Positions 11,969 to 25,300 of a DNA stretch of 64,000 nt are shown piece after piece. The stretch is from Azolla caroliniana (lineage: Eukaryota; Plantae; Polypodiophyta). A program made the translations under genes and the position numbers. Location: positions 21,266,001 through 21,330,000 of the forward strand of contig JBHGNT010000008.1 in assembly GCA_043228905.1 (NCBI GenBank), written 5' to 3'. Position 1 is the first letter of the stretch, and the number at the start of each line of letters is the position of its first letter. The notes beneath the pieces were generated by a model. It saw only the letters and a program-made list of their open reading frames with translations, was not told where the DNA came from and did not search any database.

Positions 11969-13829
11969 TGAGAACCGAGAACCGGAAGAAGGCTTACAAG
12001 TTCTTCTTGCGGGGCGAAAAGATATGGCGGCACCAGAAGAGGCGGAATGGCTCTCAGCTTTGGGTGGTGACAAAGGAGGAGAAACAACCGGTGCTCGTGT
12101 CGGAGCTCCATGAGAGCCCTTGGTTCAGACATCGAGGGACATGGGCCACGTTCGAAAAGCTTAAGGAGAAGTCCTGGTGGTAGGGAATGTATCGTGACGT
12201 GCACCACTCCATGATGACATGTGAAAGTTGTCAAATGCATTCCGGAATCCGGCACGGTGATGAGCTGCACCCAACCTACCTGCCAACTGTTCAATCCAAG
12301 TGGATGGTCGATTTAGTGACAATGCGGATGGGGGTAGAACAAATGCGGTATTTGATGCTTGCACGGGAGGACCTAACAAATCATGTGGAGGGTCAAGCCC
12401 TAGCGAACAAAACGACCGTAGTGGTTTGTCAATTCCTAATCGAGGACGTGATTTGCCGATACGGGTGTGTCGGGAAGATAGTAGCTGATTGAGGGAGTTG
12501 GAGGCGCAGGAAGCTGAGGAGTTGTTCAATCGGGTAAGGGTCTAGCTCTCTCTAACGATTGCGTACAACGTAGAGATGAACGGAAAGGTTGAGAGAGTGC
12601 ACATGTTGATTGTGAAAGCACTAGTACGAGCATGTGGCAGGAACTGGCCAGGCCTCTTACCTTATGCTTTGTGGGCCGACCAAACTACGCACAGTTTGAT
12701 AACCGGATACATGCCGCCCGAACTCATGTTCGGGCAGAAGCTGGTCATGCCGATGGAGAGGACAATCTCCTCATGGGTGTTGGTTGACGAGTCGAATGAG
12801 ATGAGCTGAGAGAAGCTACTGGTGGCGTGGATCCGACAGCTCGAGTGACGACCGGAGGACGTGGAGCGAGGTAAGGCAAAGCTACATGCGATGAGAGAGA
12901 AGAACAAATAGCGGTTTGACTGGACACATCAACTCCGTCTAAAGAAGATCGAAGAAGGCGACTGGGTGCTGGTCTACGATAGTAGCCTTGACAACCAACA
13001 CCGGTCGACTCAGAAGTTTGCATAGTCATGGTTTGGGCCCTACGTGGTGACAAGCACCAACAACAACGTGACATACCACTTACCCGAGCTCGACGGGATG
13101 AGGATAGCAGTACCGATGGTAGGAAAACGGATAAAGGCCTTCAAGAAGCGTCATGAAGACGAACTGGATCTTAAGGCAGAGGTCAAGAGCATGACGAGAG
13201 CGAGGAGTCGGAGCCGGACGAGGACCGGATTGATGACGGTTTGAGAGAGGACAAGTAAAGACCGGGCCAGAATCCCCATCGCTTCACTAGTTAGCACAAG
13301 CTGGAGAATGTGCGGTTTGGTGGGGCTAGATGTCGTGGGGAATTCCGGCTACGGGGAGATGGGGAGCCGAGAGAGCATGGGAATGGGAGTGTGCATGGAT
13401 GCACACAAAACTTGTCTCAATGTACAATATGTGTAAATAACATAAGACCGGTGATTACTAGTGGATAGGGTTTTTTATGGGTACTTTAATGACCCACACG
13501 TATAGAGAAGAATAAAAGTGATAGACAAGAGGAAATCGAGGGGAGGATCAAGGACGGAAAGCGGTTGTAGTAAAAGCTTGATGTAACGATCTTCATCTCT
13601 ATGAGGAGAAGACTGAGAAATGATCCTCATATTAGGAGAACGAAGTGTTGGACCAAGCTCTATAGAGTTTCATTTCTCTCTTTCTCTTTTTCAATTTTTG
13701 GTTGTGTTGCGAAGCCTCCATTTTGCGTTGGTAGCCCGTGTGCTCCCAATCAGAGGCTTGTTGTCGCCTATGTGGGTGTGTGTGTGTGGATCTCAAAGCT
13801 CTTTTACCTGGCCGCGACCGGTTGTAACA
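11969..13829 (+). mobile_element. Ty3/gypsy integrase remnant, PPT and 3' LTR (13331-13829)
   Basis: ELHESPW..HRGTWATFEKLKEKSWW*GMYRDV..TCESCQ HHCC finger, KWMVDLV, ICRYGCVGKIVAD, NGKVER, WFGPY; GGTGGGGCTAGA then TGTCG...GTAACA. Confidence 0.85.
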
Positions 13830-14862
13830 TACTAGGTTTCTCTATTAATCTATAGTTTGTTGTGTTTATTCTTGTGTCCGTCATGTGAGAAACATATGAA
13901 ATCGGGTGTGGTTCTTCTCATGAAATATAAAAAAATAATAGTGAAGATACTATTTTAAATAAGTTTAATATCTTGATACAAAAAGATAGAGGTCTTGAAG
14001 AGATTTTGAATGCAATTTGCTACATAACAAACACACATCTAAGTGTTAAGTTATGTGGGTATGAAGTTTGCAAAGAAAAAGAGAAAAATAAAAAATTATC
14101 AGATATCCCACATAGACAGGACAAATAAGGATCTCACCATATATAGGGCAGAACAAAAGCTATTATGTTTGTGTTTATGTGTGGAGAATAGAAAGGATGA
14201 GTTGAATGACTTGACGAATGGATGTAGCCAAGTTCATTGGTTTTGGACGGCGACGGAACCGGACGATGACGGCATCTGGCGACCTCGAGATGCAGACCAA
14301 ACCGGTCCATACCGAATGGATACAATTCAGACGGATTGGTTGGGTCAGTTGATCGTGGTGCATGGTGTTTTAAAGATATTTGGTCCAAAAGCCTAATAGT
14401 ATTTTGTGCTTTAAAAGGGATGTAAGCAAAGACTTAAACCTTGCACCTCCAAGATAAGAGGCAATAGACATGTGATGCATGAGCGCCAAATGGCAAACAT
14501 GCATCACATGCATTCCATGCATTGTATGCATGTCTTGTACCCTCACATGCATCATATGCATAGGAGCATCTATAAAAGGGTGGATGAAAAATATCAAAGG
14601 GACCTATGCATTAATCAAAAAATTAAGAGGAAGAAAATTTGTTATTCCATTTTTGTGATGTATTAGTCTTGTCTCTCAATCTAAAGTCAAACATTCTATC
14701 TTATCTCAAGCTCTCTCTCTCTTTCAATCTATCTTAAATACTTTCTCGCTAAAGCTTGTGCAAACTTTGAATCCTTCCGGTCAAGAACCCCGGCGGGTTC
14801 GCCTCACGATCTGCACGTAGTGATAGATCTTCACGATAGCGTGGAACACTAGGTTTTGAGCT

Positions 14863-16675
14863 AGATGGATATTGCTCATGTTGTCGCACTAAAGGGGAAT
14901 CAGATCCTTGATGGGAATGTCCAGATCCTTCAATATTTTCTTCACCCAAATGACTTCACATGCAACCACAATCGTGCCCCTGTATTCGGTCTCTATGCTC
15001 GAAAGTGACGGTTGACTGCCTCTTGCTACTCCATGAGATGGCTCCACTTCCAAGCGAGAAGATGAATCTTGAGGTTGATCGTTGGCTGCCTCTATAGCCT
15101 GCCCAATCGGCATCCGTATATGCTTCGAGTCGAATTATCGTGGCTGACTTATAGAGGATTCAGTAAACCATTGTTCAACTCAAGTATCGTAACACTGGCT
15201 TATCACAATCTAAATGAATATCCTGTGCAGTTTGCATGAATTGGCTAAGGAGGTTGATCGGATAACTGAGGTCGGATTGAATGATCGGGAGATAAACAAG
15301 GCTTCCAATCAATGGAGTTGTCTCACACTCTTCCATGCCGGAGTTGGCAACTAGCTTTAGGTTTCGATTTAGAGGGGTTACCACAAACTCACACTCCATC
15401 ATCATCCCAAACATATATAATAAGTTGAGGATGTACTACCGTTGGGAGATCATAATGCCGGCTGGAGTCCAAATTACCTCGATACCAAGGAAGTAATGGA
15501 GCTCTTTCATGTTTCTCATCTCGAATTTTCCGAAGAGGATGGTCTTCATCCGGTTGATGTCGACTAGATGCTCACCTTCAATGACTAGATAATCCACGTA
15601 TAGGCTGATGACAATCAATCTTATGTAAAGGGATTTGACATTTTGAAGGCGATTTGATGATGATACTAAGTGACCTTGGAATGCCAAGTCCATGGCACTT
15701 GCTTAAGGCCATAGAGTGGCTTCTTTAGTCGGCACACTGTTGTTGGATGTATGCTAGATTTGAAGTCGGGTGGTTGTACCATGTACACCTCTTCTAATTC
15801 TCCTTGAAGAAAAGGCGTTCTTGACGTCCATCTCATGGAGGTCCCACCACCCTTTCCTTGCTGCAAGCGCTATCATGGTCCACATAGCTATCATCTTTGC
15901 CACCGGAACAAAGGTCTCTTCATAGTGGACTCTGTGTGTTTGTGCTTAACCTTTTGCTACAAGTTGAGCTTTGTAGCGGTTGACGAAGCCGGCGGCATTA
16001 TACTTCACTTTGTATATCCATTTGTAGCCAATTGTCTTCTTGTGATGAGAGTGGGGGAAGAGATCCCATGTTTCATCCTTAAAGAGATCTTGAATCTCCT
16101 CGTTCATTCACTTCAGCCCATTGTGGTTCTTTACCGGCTTCAGAAAAAAATTTGGGCTCTCAAATTGTCGCCACCTTTATCATAAATGCACAGTGATATG
16201 CCATATAGTTGTTGAAGCTGAATCGCCTAACTGGATTCTTCTCTCGGGTGGAGCATCGAAGTTTGGCATTTGTCGTGGCAATGGCTTTCTGCACGCCAAG
16301 TCTCCTTCCTCATAATAGGCACATCAAAGCCATCAAGCTCACTGTTAAGTGAGTGAGCCGATTCATTACCGTCAAATTGGTCGTCTTCATATTCCGGCAT
16401 TTTTTCGTTTCCTTTATTCATTTTTAGACTTGGCCATGACATGCTTTGCTCGCTTGGAGGCTCTTGAGGTCCACTCAATCTGTTTGAGATTGAACTCTCC
16501 TCGGATATCGATCTTAGGTAATCATTGTCCTTTGTGTCGTCAAGTTAGATCAGAAATGGTTCGAGTGGAGTCGACTTGGGTTTGTACCATGATTCGTCAA
16601 AGACTACACCCCAACTTACACAAACATTCCGAATAGAGGGGTTGAAGCATTTGTACCCCTTTTGCTCCAATGAGT
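14863..16675 (-). mobile_element. Inverted continuation of copia B (integrase C-terminus, RT, RNase H)
   Basis: Minus strand resumes where 11911 stopped (TACTCA-TTGGAGCAAAAG = YSLEQKGYKCFNP); RT motifs LYVDYL, ELHYFLGIEV; RNase H TEYRG. Confidence 0.85.
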
Positions 16676-18050
16676 TGTTCAGAAACATGAATGGAGACAA
16701 CTGGTTCCACTTTCTAATCTTCGGGTGCAAAGATCAAGAAAGATAGTGCACAAACAGAAAAACAAGTACAGAGACACAAGATATTTAACGTGGAAAGCCC
16801 CAAAAGGGAAAAACCACGTAGGTCCACAAACCACCTTGACAAACAGAATCACTATGATAGAGGAGAAGTACAATAAGAAACTCGGAGGCAATGACCTCGA
16901 GTTCTTCATTGTCTAACTGATGGATGTAGGGTCACCAACTCTTATGCTCTCACTGTCTCTCACTTACATAGGTACAGAGGCAACTCCTTCTATGTAACTA
17001 TACCACCAAAACCCATAATGATCAACTAATTTACTTAAAGTTTGCCCTCGTTGTTTATATACTAAAACAACTTTCTGGCTATGTTCAAGTATAGCCCACA
17101 AGGGGCACATTTGGACTATTTACAAATATAGTCTCCTGAATCGGTTATACAATCGATTCTCGATTCACGAATTACCCATTGTGTCCTCGATTCGGTTTGT
17201 TCTCGTCTTCCCATTCGGAGGGACCTATTTTCCCAACAAACTCCCCTTTCACTCCGTCATGGGGTACTTCACCAATCCGGCCCCTTGTCTGCACTCATTC
17301 AACTTCTCTGCTGACAACACTTTCGTCAACATGTCCGATCCATTTTCAGTTGTGTGGATCTTCATTAGAGAAAACACATTCTCTTTTAGTTGCTCTCAGA
17401 TCCAATGATATCTCCTATGGATGTGCTTGGTCCTCGAATGGTAGGCGGCATTTTTTGCAAGGTGGATGACACTCTGGTTATCGCAATTGTGTCGGAACTC
17501 CTCTTGTCGAATTCCCAATTCTTTGATAAATTCCTTCATCCAAATTATTTCCTTGCCGACTTCTATTGCGGCCATGTAATCGGCTTCCATGGTTGACAAC
17601 GACACGGCCTTTTGCAGACTCGATTGCCACGAAACAACTCTCCCTGCATAAGTCATCACATATCCAGAAATGGATCGATTGGTATCCACATCAGCCGACA
17701 TGTTCAAATTAGTATAACCTTTTAGTGTGGGGTTACTCAAGCCAAATTGGAGGCACAAGCTCGAGGTGCCTTTTAGGTACCGAAGTATCCACTTCACAAC
17801 AACCCAATGCTCTCTTCCGAGATTCCTCATATATCGGCTAACCACTCTGACTACATACGCGATGTCGGGCCTGGTGCAAACCATTGCATACATCAGGCTT
17901 CCAATAGCTGACGCATAAGGGACTTTTGACATCTTGGCCTTCTCAGTTTTCGATTTCGGACTTTGGCTTCCGAACAATTTACAATTTGTCGCCAGTGTTG
18001 AGCCGACCGGTTTCGCGCTTTCCATGCTGAATCACCGGAGCACTTTTATC
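16676..18050 (-). mobile_element. Copia C RT/RNase H, PPT and complete 3' LTR (16676-17238), inverted
   Basis: ORF 17396-18025 VPYASAIGSLMYAMVCTRPDIAY..RTKHIHRRYHWI; PPT AAAGGGGAGTT; LTR TG..CA followed by TSD ACTCA (plus-strand TGAGT 16671-16675). Confidence 0.9.
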
Positions 18051-18199
18051 ACGTTGTCGCAGACTTCCGCGGGTATGTGTTGAATCGAGGTGGGACCACC
18101 GGGGTACGGAGCCGATGATAGAGGGAAACTTATCTGGATTGGTTCCCGGACACGTCACATATCCGGTCCAGATCGATTCTTGAATGCTGAATGGTGAGC

Positions 18200-19044
18200 G
18201 CTCAACTCAAAGACAAATGTTGCTCCGGACTGGTAGATGCAAACAACAACGAGCTTACGGGCCAGCACACACGAATATATCGAAGTGCACTATCACTTCA
18301 TCTGAGAGTGTGTCCAAGCTGGAGATGTTGACCTTCAACACATCAACACGAATCTTTAGACAACCAAAATCTTCACTAAAGCAATAGGAGCCGACAAGCT
18401 TTGGTAATTCATATCACACCTTGGACTAACTATCCCCGACTTGCCAATCTTGAGGGGGAGTACAAGAGAGAACCGGATACCAGCCGAAGCATACATCAAC
18501 TGAGATGGACACCATAGGAAGGTCGAAAGTCGAAAGCCGACCAAAGTTGAGCTTGAAGGGGTGTGTTAAGAATCAAGCTCAACCTTGACCGTCACAGTTT
18601 CGAGCATAGAGGTCAAATCCAGGGGCGTGATTGTGGCTGCATGTTAAGTTGTTTGGCTGAAGAGAATATTGAAGGATCTGGACATTCTCATCAAGGATCC
18701 GATTCCCCTTCACTGTGACAACATGAGTTGTATTCCATGTGCATATCGAAGTGCACAATCACTTCATCTGGCTCAGAACTCAGGTTGAAGATGTTGACCT
18801 TCAACACATTAGCCTGAATATTTAGACAACCGACATCTTCCCCAAAGCCCTAGGAGACAACATGCATTGATAATTCATGTCAGACCTTGGACTAATGATC
18901 CATGACTTGCCAAGCTTGAGGAGGAGTACGAGGGAGAACCGGATACCATCCGAAACGGATACAAACTGAAGCGTACATCAGCTGAGATGGATACCATAGG
19001 AAGACCAAAAGCTGAAAGCCAACCAAAGTTGAGCTTGAGGAGCG
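18200..19044 (+). mobile_element. Two tandem copia B-family RNase H tail/3' UTR fragments
   Basis: ATATCGAAGTGCAC..CACTTCATC (IEVHYHFI) and AAGTTGAGCTTGA PPT region each present twice (~18280/18745; ~18545/19027). Confidence 0.75.
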
Positions 19045-19508
19045 TGTTGAGAATCAAGCTCAACCTATTCTAGTGTGTGAACACAACTTTTGAGAATCTA
19101 TGAGCACTCAAAGGTCAAAGGTCACCACTACTTTCTACACATTAACTATGTGTCATAGAATCACATTCTATGACACATAACTAATGAGTTCCATATTCCC
19201 AATAACTAATGAGTTTCCACATTCCCCACGGTTCTAGAGAGAGAGTGGGTGTTTTAGTGAGAGAATGTAGAGAGAGAGTGACCTTATATAAAGCACCCCC
19301 CTCCTACTTTGTAATGTGTTGGTTAATCTCCTTTGTAATATTCATATTGTTATAGTTGTTCTCCACTTCCTAATACATACATCTTTTTGAGTATTTCATT
19401 TTTCCTATCTATGTATTTCCTCTCCTCTCCTCTTTCCACACACACACAGACACATAACACAAATCCTTAATCTATTCCACTGCATAGAATCACACTCGAT
19501 TCTTTACA
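19045..19508 (+). repeat. 3' LTR of copia B family
   Basis: TGTTGAGAATC...TCTTTACA; homologous to 9685-10120. Confidence 0.9.
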
Positions 19509-21014
19509 TCCCACTCCAGATATTGATTTGTGTCCCTCAGTGTCATATATCACACACTCATCAAGACTTTATCAAGCTCCAAGATCAAGGCTCTTTTTTC
19601 GACTTCTAATGGTTTAGGTTTCCATTCCTATAACTGAGCCTCTGTTACACCAATTACTGGTAGCACACGATCAATTTCAATCAATTGAGGTTCTATCGGC
19701 ACAATTGGTGTCCTTTTCCTCTTCAAACCCCTAGTTAACTGTGTTGGGCCTGGCTTCACATTTTGGTGCTCTTGTATTGTCGACTTAGTCATTAGCTCAG
19801 TGCATGTTGATACTGATCTGGTCGATATCAGCCCACTGGTATCACATGTTGCATCTACCTGCAAAATCAAATCATCTGTGCAACATGCTTGATCAACTTG
19901 CGAGACCAGATCATTTGTGTCAATTGCTACATCTACTTTCAAGATGTGGCCCTCAAAACATGCAACAACATCAACAGTTTCCACACTGCCATCGGCCTTA
20001 GGAGCAATAGATTCAAACCCTTTAGACTCTGCAACATCAGAAAACACCAACATATTCATACTCACAAAGTAATTAATAGTCTCACAAAACAACATAATGA
20101 ACATGAAATATTTTCCATCATAGAGCAACATGAACATAATTATCGTGGAGAAACATCATAGAGTTCCATTACATAATGTGGATCAAGCAACAACCAATCT
20201 GAGGTTTTACTTGTCCAAATAGATCGTAGTAAAACTTCATAAAACCCTAGGAAAATCGCTAACAATCATATCCCACTAATAAGTATTTCGCTCCAATTCA
20301 AGAGCCCCTTGACCGAGTAACTGTTCTTGTCCCCGATCGTGGCCCCTTCTTCAACCTTTTTCTAACTGGTTGCCCATTTAGCCTTGCTTCTTTGACCCAT
20401 TGTGCAAGTGTGTCCTCCTTCGACAACCTTTCCATCACCTCAGCAGCGGCTTGCACGTCAGCCGCATCTTTCGCTAGCTTTTCCAATACAATGCGATTTG
20501 TTTAGACATTATCAGTAGTTAGGCTCAGTGGGTGGAATCAAGGTTTTGGGATTTGAAGAAATGTTGCATCAAGTGTTCAAAAACACTATTGTTGTGAACC
20601 TCAGATTTACATGTTATTTCTAATATTTCATGGCTTTTCACATCGTTGCCTAATTCAGTACCATCTTCCAAAAGAATAGGGTGGAGCTTATCTGAAGGAT
20701 ATGTGATAGCAGGACTCTTACTTTCAGCCACATTAGCAACTATCTCCTCATTGGTTGCAGCCAGCACCAGACACCTCATGTGCCCTCCTTAATCCACAAG
20801 ATTCCACAACAACATGGTCACTAATTAGCTACATCTTAGCTAACTAGCTATTCTTCTAGACTATGACAGTAGCTAATTAGCTACCACTGAGCTAATTAGC
20901 TACTTCTCTTAGGTATGGTACTAGATGATTAGCTACCACTTAAGTCGTTGGCATTTGTTGTTATTGTTTGTTAATTAGCTACCACTTAGTTAAATGATTA
21001 AGTCGAGCTTAAAT
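19509..21014 (-). mobile_element. Older, decayed copy of the Sola2-like element, left piece (HAD-like cargo gene fragment, 168-aa ORF homolog, start of palindrome array)
   Basis: ORFs 19628-20137, 20298-20486 and 20525-20779 are diverged homologs of 26729-27862 and 28033-28539; AGCTAATTAGCT units from ~20819. Confidence 0.85.
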
Positions 21015-21018
21015 AGAA

Positions 21019-21043
21019 GGGTGAAAGCATGCGAGTGGAAACA
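21019..21043 (+). repeat. Left TIR (25 bp)
   Basis: GGGTGAAAGCATGCGAGTGGAAACA. Confidence 0.92.
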
Positions 21044-21371
21044 ATTAGCTATGTCCTTGACATAGCTAATTAGCTATGCAAAAAGCTACCATTGATAAAT
21101 AGTCATTTTAGTAAAAAGCCATCATTAATAAATTAAGTATGCAAAAAACTACCATTGAAAATACTAGAGTGTTTTAATTACATATGTAAATGAGTGCCAT
21201 AAATGTGCAACATAAATTGATGTGTGCACCATAAATGTGTACCATAAATTATATATCGAATTCCTAGGTCCATTATGCATGATCCTTTGCCACATCACGT
21301 AGGCCATCTCTAGTTGAGTACTGTGGGTTAGTTGCTACCACTGTTGCTAAACCCTATCGAGTCCACCTGCC

Positions 21372-22190
21372 GCCACTCTACACTGAGGGGCCGCTACTGT
21401 GCGTTCCAAGCATCATCAAAGAGCTGCTCAATCTGACAGGGTTCTCTTCTCTGTGACACTCTACACTCAGGGGCCACTACTGTGCATTCCAAGCATCATC
21501 AAAGAGCTGTTCAATCTGACGGGGTTCTCTTCTCTGTGCCACTCTACACTCAGGGGCCATTACTGTGCGTTCCAAGCATCATCAAAGAGCTGTTCAATCT
21601 GAGGGGGTTCTCTTCTCTGTGCCACTCTACACTCAGGGGCCATTACTGTGCGTTCCAAGCATCATCAAAGAGCTGTTCAATCTGAGGGGGTTCTCTTCTC
21701 TGTGCCACTCTACACTCAGGGGCCGCTGCTGTGCGTTCCAAGCATCATCAAAGAGCTGTTCAATCTGACGGGGTTCTCTTCTCTTTGCCACTCTACACTC
21801 AGGGGTTGCTACTGTGCGTTCCAAGCATAATCAAAGAGCTATTCAATCTGACGGGGTTCTCTTCTCTTTTCCACTCTCACTCAGGGGCCGCTACTGTGCG
21901 TTTCAAGCATCATTGGTAACTGTTCAATCTGACGGGGTTCTCTTCTCTATGCCACTCTATTCTCAAGTGCCTTCTATGTGCGTTTCAAGCATCATCGGTA
22001 ACTGTTCAATCTAACGGGGTTCTCTCCTCCATTGCCATCATTCTATACTCAGTTGCCACTACTGTCCAGTCCCTGATTGCTTCCACATTTCGATTTGACG
22101 GAGTTCACTCATCCAACGGCAACATTCTACACTCAGTTGTTGCCATTGGTCGGTCTTGGATCGCCTCCTCAACTGTTGGATCCAACAGAG
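21372..22190 (+). repeat. 83-bp tandem minisatellite (~9-10 units, degenerating rightwards) upstream of the transposase
   Basis: Unit GCCACTCTACACTCAGGGGCCATTACTGTGCGTTCCAAGCATCATCAAAGAGCTGTTCAATCTGA(C/G)GGGGTTCTCTTCTCTGT; ORF-track starts recur every 83 nt (21399, 21482, 21565, 21648, 21731, 21814). Confidence 0.95.
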
Positions 22191-22360
22191 TGAAATCCTC
22201 TACTGTTCGGTCTTGGATTGCAATAACTTTTCTGTCTATTGATTATCTTGTGTATTGTTGTGTCTAATCTTGTGTATTGTGTGGAATATTTTTGTGTATT
22301 GTTGTTGCCCATAGCCATCTTTAATACTTGTTTTTTTTTCTGGAAATTTAGGGTTTTAAC

Positions 22361-25300
22361 ATGTCTAGCCAAATGGAAGGGGAAGAAGGGTGTTTAGAAT
22401 TACCCCTCAATGATCATAAGGATAGGGATGATGTTATCAGGACACAACAAGCCATACGAAACTATTGGGCAGAAAAAAAAAGGAAACATCGTCAATTGTT
22501 GAAGGATACGAAAGCCACACTAAGTAAAGGTAAGGATAGTTTAGCTGAGAATGTAAGTAATGCGACTACCATCATAGAGAGAAAGGTTGTAGACTATTTC
22601 AATGTTCAAACCAAGCACATCAGCAATGAAGAAAAGAAGGTAGTACTTTATGGAATATGTAATGATCCATCGATAAAGGACTTAGTTGATTGTGATGGTC
22701 TTAATGCAAACATATCATCTATTTTAGTAAATAATCTTCGTAATAGTTTCGTATCCATGAGCAGGTTAGAAGATGATCTTGTCTTAAAAAGGTCTAGTCT
22801 AATGATGTTACTTAATAGTGATGTTGACGATATAAACATCAGTGAGCTATCTAAGGTAATTGGTGTTAGTAGAAAAACAGTGTACAATACAATGAACCGT
22901 ATAATTTCCTCGGGTGAAGGAACTAGTCTACTAAAGCTAACTACAAGATGTAAGCCAATGACACCCATAACATTTGAAATCAAGGATGTAATCACAATGT
23001 TTTGGACTAATGAGAGTAGGGTTTCACCCAATAAAAAGGATTTATGCAGGAAACGTGTTGGAAGAAATCAATACGAGGAGCATCCCATTCATCTTCTTGA
23101 TGTACCTCAGGTATTTACATTTATCTCAACATTTGTTTTGACTCTACTCGGAAAGTTAATTAGCTCAGTTAGCAGAAAAGCTAATTAGCTTATCAGTTAC
23201 ATTTACCTCAGTTAGCTACTAGGATCGCTACTACATAGGTAACTAGCTACTCTCAATAGTTACTACCATGATAGCTAATTAGCTATTCTCAATAGCTAAT
23301 TTAGGTACTACCAGATAATTAGCTGTACTGCTAGCTAGTTAGCTATCATGGTAGCTAGTTAGCTATTTCGTTATTACCAGCTAATTAGCTACTAGGAAAG
23401 CTAATTAGCTACCATGATAGCTAATTAGCTACTATGATAGCTACTACATAGGTAACTGGCTACTCTCAATAGCTACTACCATGATAGCTAATTAGTTAGG
23501 ATAGCTAATTAGCCACCATTATAGCTAATTAGCTACTAGACCAGCTAATTAGCTACCATGATAGCTAATTAGTTACTAGGACAGCTAATTAGCCACCGTG
23601 ATAGCTAATTAGCTACTATACCAGCTAATTAGCTACCATGATAGCTAATTAGTTACTAGGAAAGCTAATCAGCCACCATTATAGCTAATTAGCTACTAGA
23701 CCAGCTAATTAGCTACCACGATAGCTAATTAGCTACTAGACCAGCTAATTAGCTACCATGATAGCTAATTAGTTACTAGGAAAGCTAATTAGCCACCATG
23801 ATAGCTAATTAGCTACTAGACAAGCTAATTAGCTACCATGATAGCTAATTAGTTACTAGGAAAGCTAATTAGCCACCATGATAGCTAATTAGCTACTAGA
23901 GCAGCTAATTAGCTACCATGATAGCTAATTAGCTACTAGGACAACTAATTAGCTACTAGGACAGCTAATTAGCTACCATGATAGCTAATTAGCTACTACG
24001 ACAGCTAATTAGCTACCATGATAGCTAATTAGCTACTAGAATAGCTAATTAGCTACTAGAATAGCTAATTAGCTACCATGATAGCTAATTAGCTACTACG
24101 ACAGCTAATTAGCTACCATGATAGCTAATTAGCTACTAGGACAACCAATTAGCTACTAGGACAGCTAATTAGCTACCATGATAGCTAATTAGCTACTAGA
24201 ATAGCTAACTAGCTACTAGAATAGCTAACTAGCTACTAGAATAGCTAATTAGCTACTAGGATAGTTAGCTAGTTACGAGAATAACTAATTCCCCTTTATT
24301 ACGTAGGTCGATTTATTTATTAGGTTCAAACGAATGCATCCAACTATCAAAGTTCAACTACGAACATTCGAGTCTCTTAAGCCACACTTTGTGAGACGCT
24401 TAAAGGATCGATACACATGTTGTTGCATTTACCATGTACAGATGGGTTTTCTGAAGGACTCTGTTAATCTACTACGTCACCATAGCGCATCCCTAACTAA
24501 TACAGTTTGCACATGTGGGTGCCCAATCTGTCGATCAAGCCCGCAAGAGGAGTGTAAATCATCTGAGCACGTTATCTCTTCCATGAGTTATTTATTAGAT
24601 TCAATATTGTGTCCGAGAGAATCTGACGCTATCTTCCATATTCATAAATGTGTCATGGGTTTATGTCAAGATTGTGGCCCTACTAGATTTAGGTGGTGTC
24701 CAAATGAATTGAGTAGTGAAATATTGATCTCTGTGAAGTTATTTGAGTCAGTGAACACCAATTTCGAAGGAAAGGTGTGTAAAAGAAAGGATCTAGTTCG
24801 GAAGATGCTTAAACCAAGGGATTTGGTGTCTCTGTTTGTAGTATCTCTAGGAAAGTTCATTAAACACAACTTCATTTATTCATGGCAGGCCCATCAGTTT
24901 AAGACTTGCATATCTGATTTCCCAAATGATGTAGTAGTCTCAGTAGTAGATTTCGCAGAGAATTATACTTTCAAGCAGCAGAATGAAATTCAATCTATGC
25001 ATTGGTGTTCAGTTCAGGTAACCATTTTTGTGCACATAACATATTTTCGAGTTTCAGGTGATGTTAAAAAAGTAATTCATTTCTTTATTTCCGATGATAA
25101 GAAGCATGATACCTTGTTCGTCCAACACTGTTTTAAGTTACATTGGCAGTGGTTATTAGCTCAACGTTTGGAGCTTACTCAACATTGGGTCTGGTCTGAC
25201 GGAGCTGCGTCACAATTCAAGGCTCGACGTCCATTTTATTTTGTGGGGAGGTATCCTGCTATAACAGGTTTGGAGATGAGATGGAATTTTTTTGGGTCTG

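Noticed and set aside
11890-12183. 97-aa ORF as a novel protein
   Set aside because: Chance read-through across a copia integrase end, an LTR fragment and a gypsy integrase
13830-14860. ORFs 14043-14396 and His/Met-rich 14370-14666
   Set aside because: No recognisable domain; ATGC-rich low complexity, probably LTR or TE debris that I cannot classify
9685-19508. Single intact copia element bounded by the two similar LTRs
   Set aside because: Flanks differ (TCGAT vs TCCCA), neighbours are unrelated, and the interior is inverted and duplicated; rearranged or composite
21399-22014. Series of 60-67-aa ORFs (MRSKHHQRA..)
   Set aside because: Artefacts of the 83-bp repeat period
21372-22190. CRISPR-like array
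   Set aside because: Units are contiguous tandem repeats with no unique spacers; no cas genes; eukaryotic TE context
22361-23188. 275-aa ORF as a separate gene
   Set aside because: It is exon 1 of the transposase; the last ~25 codons are intron read-through
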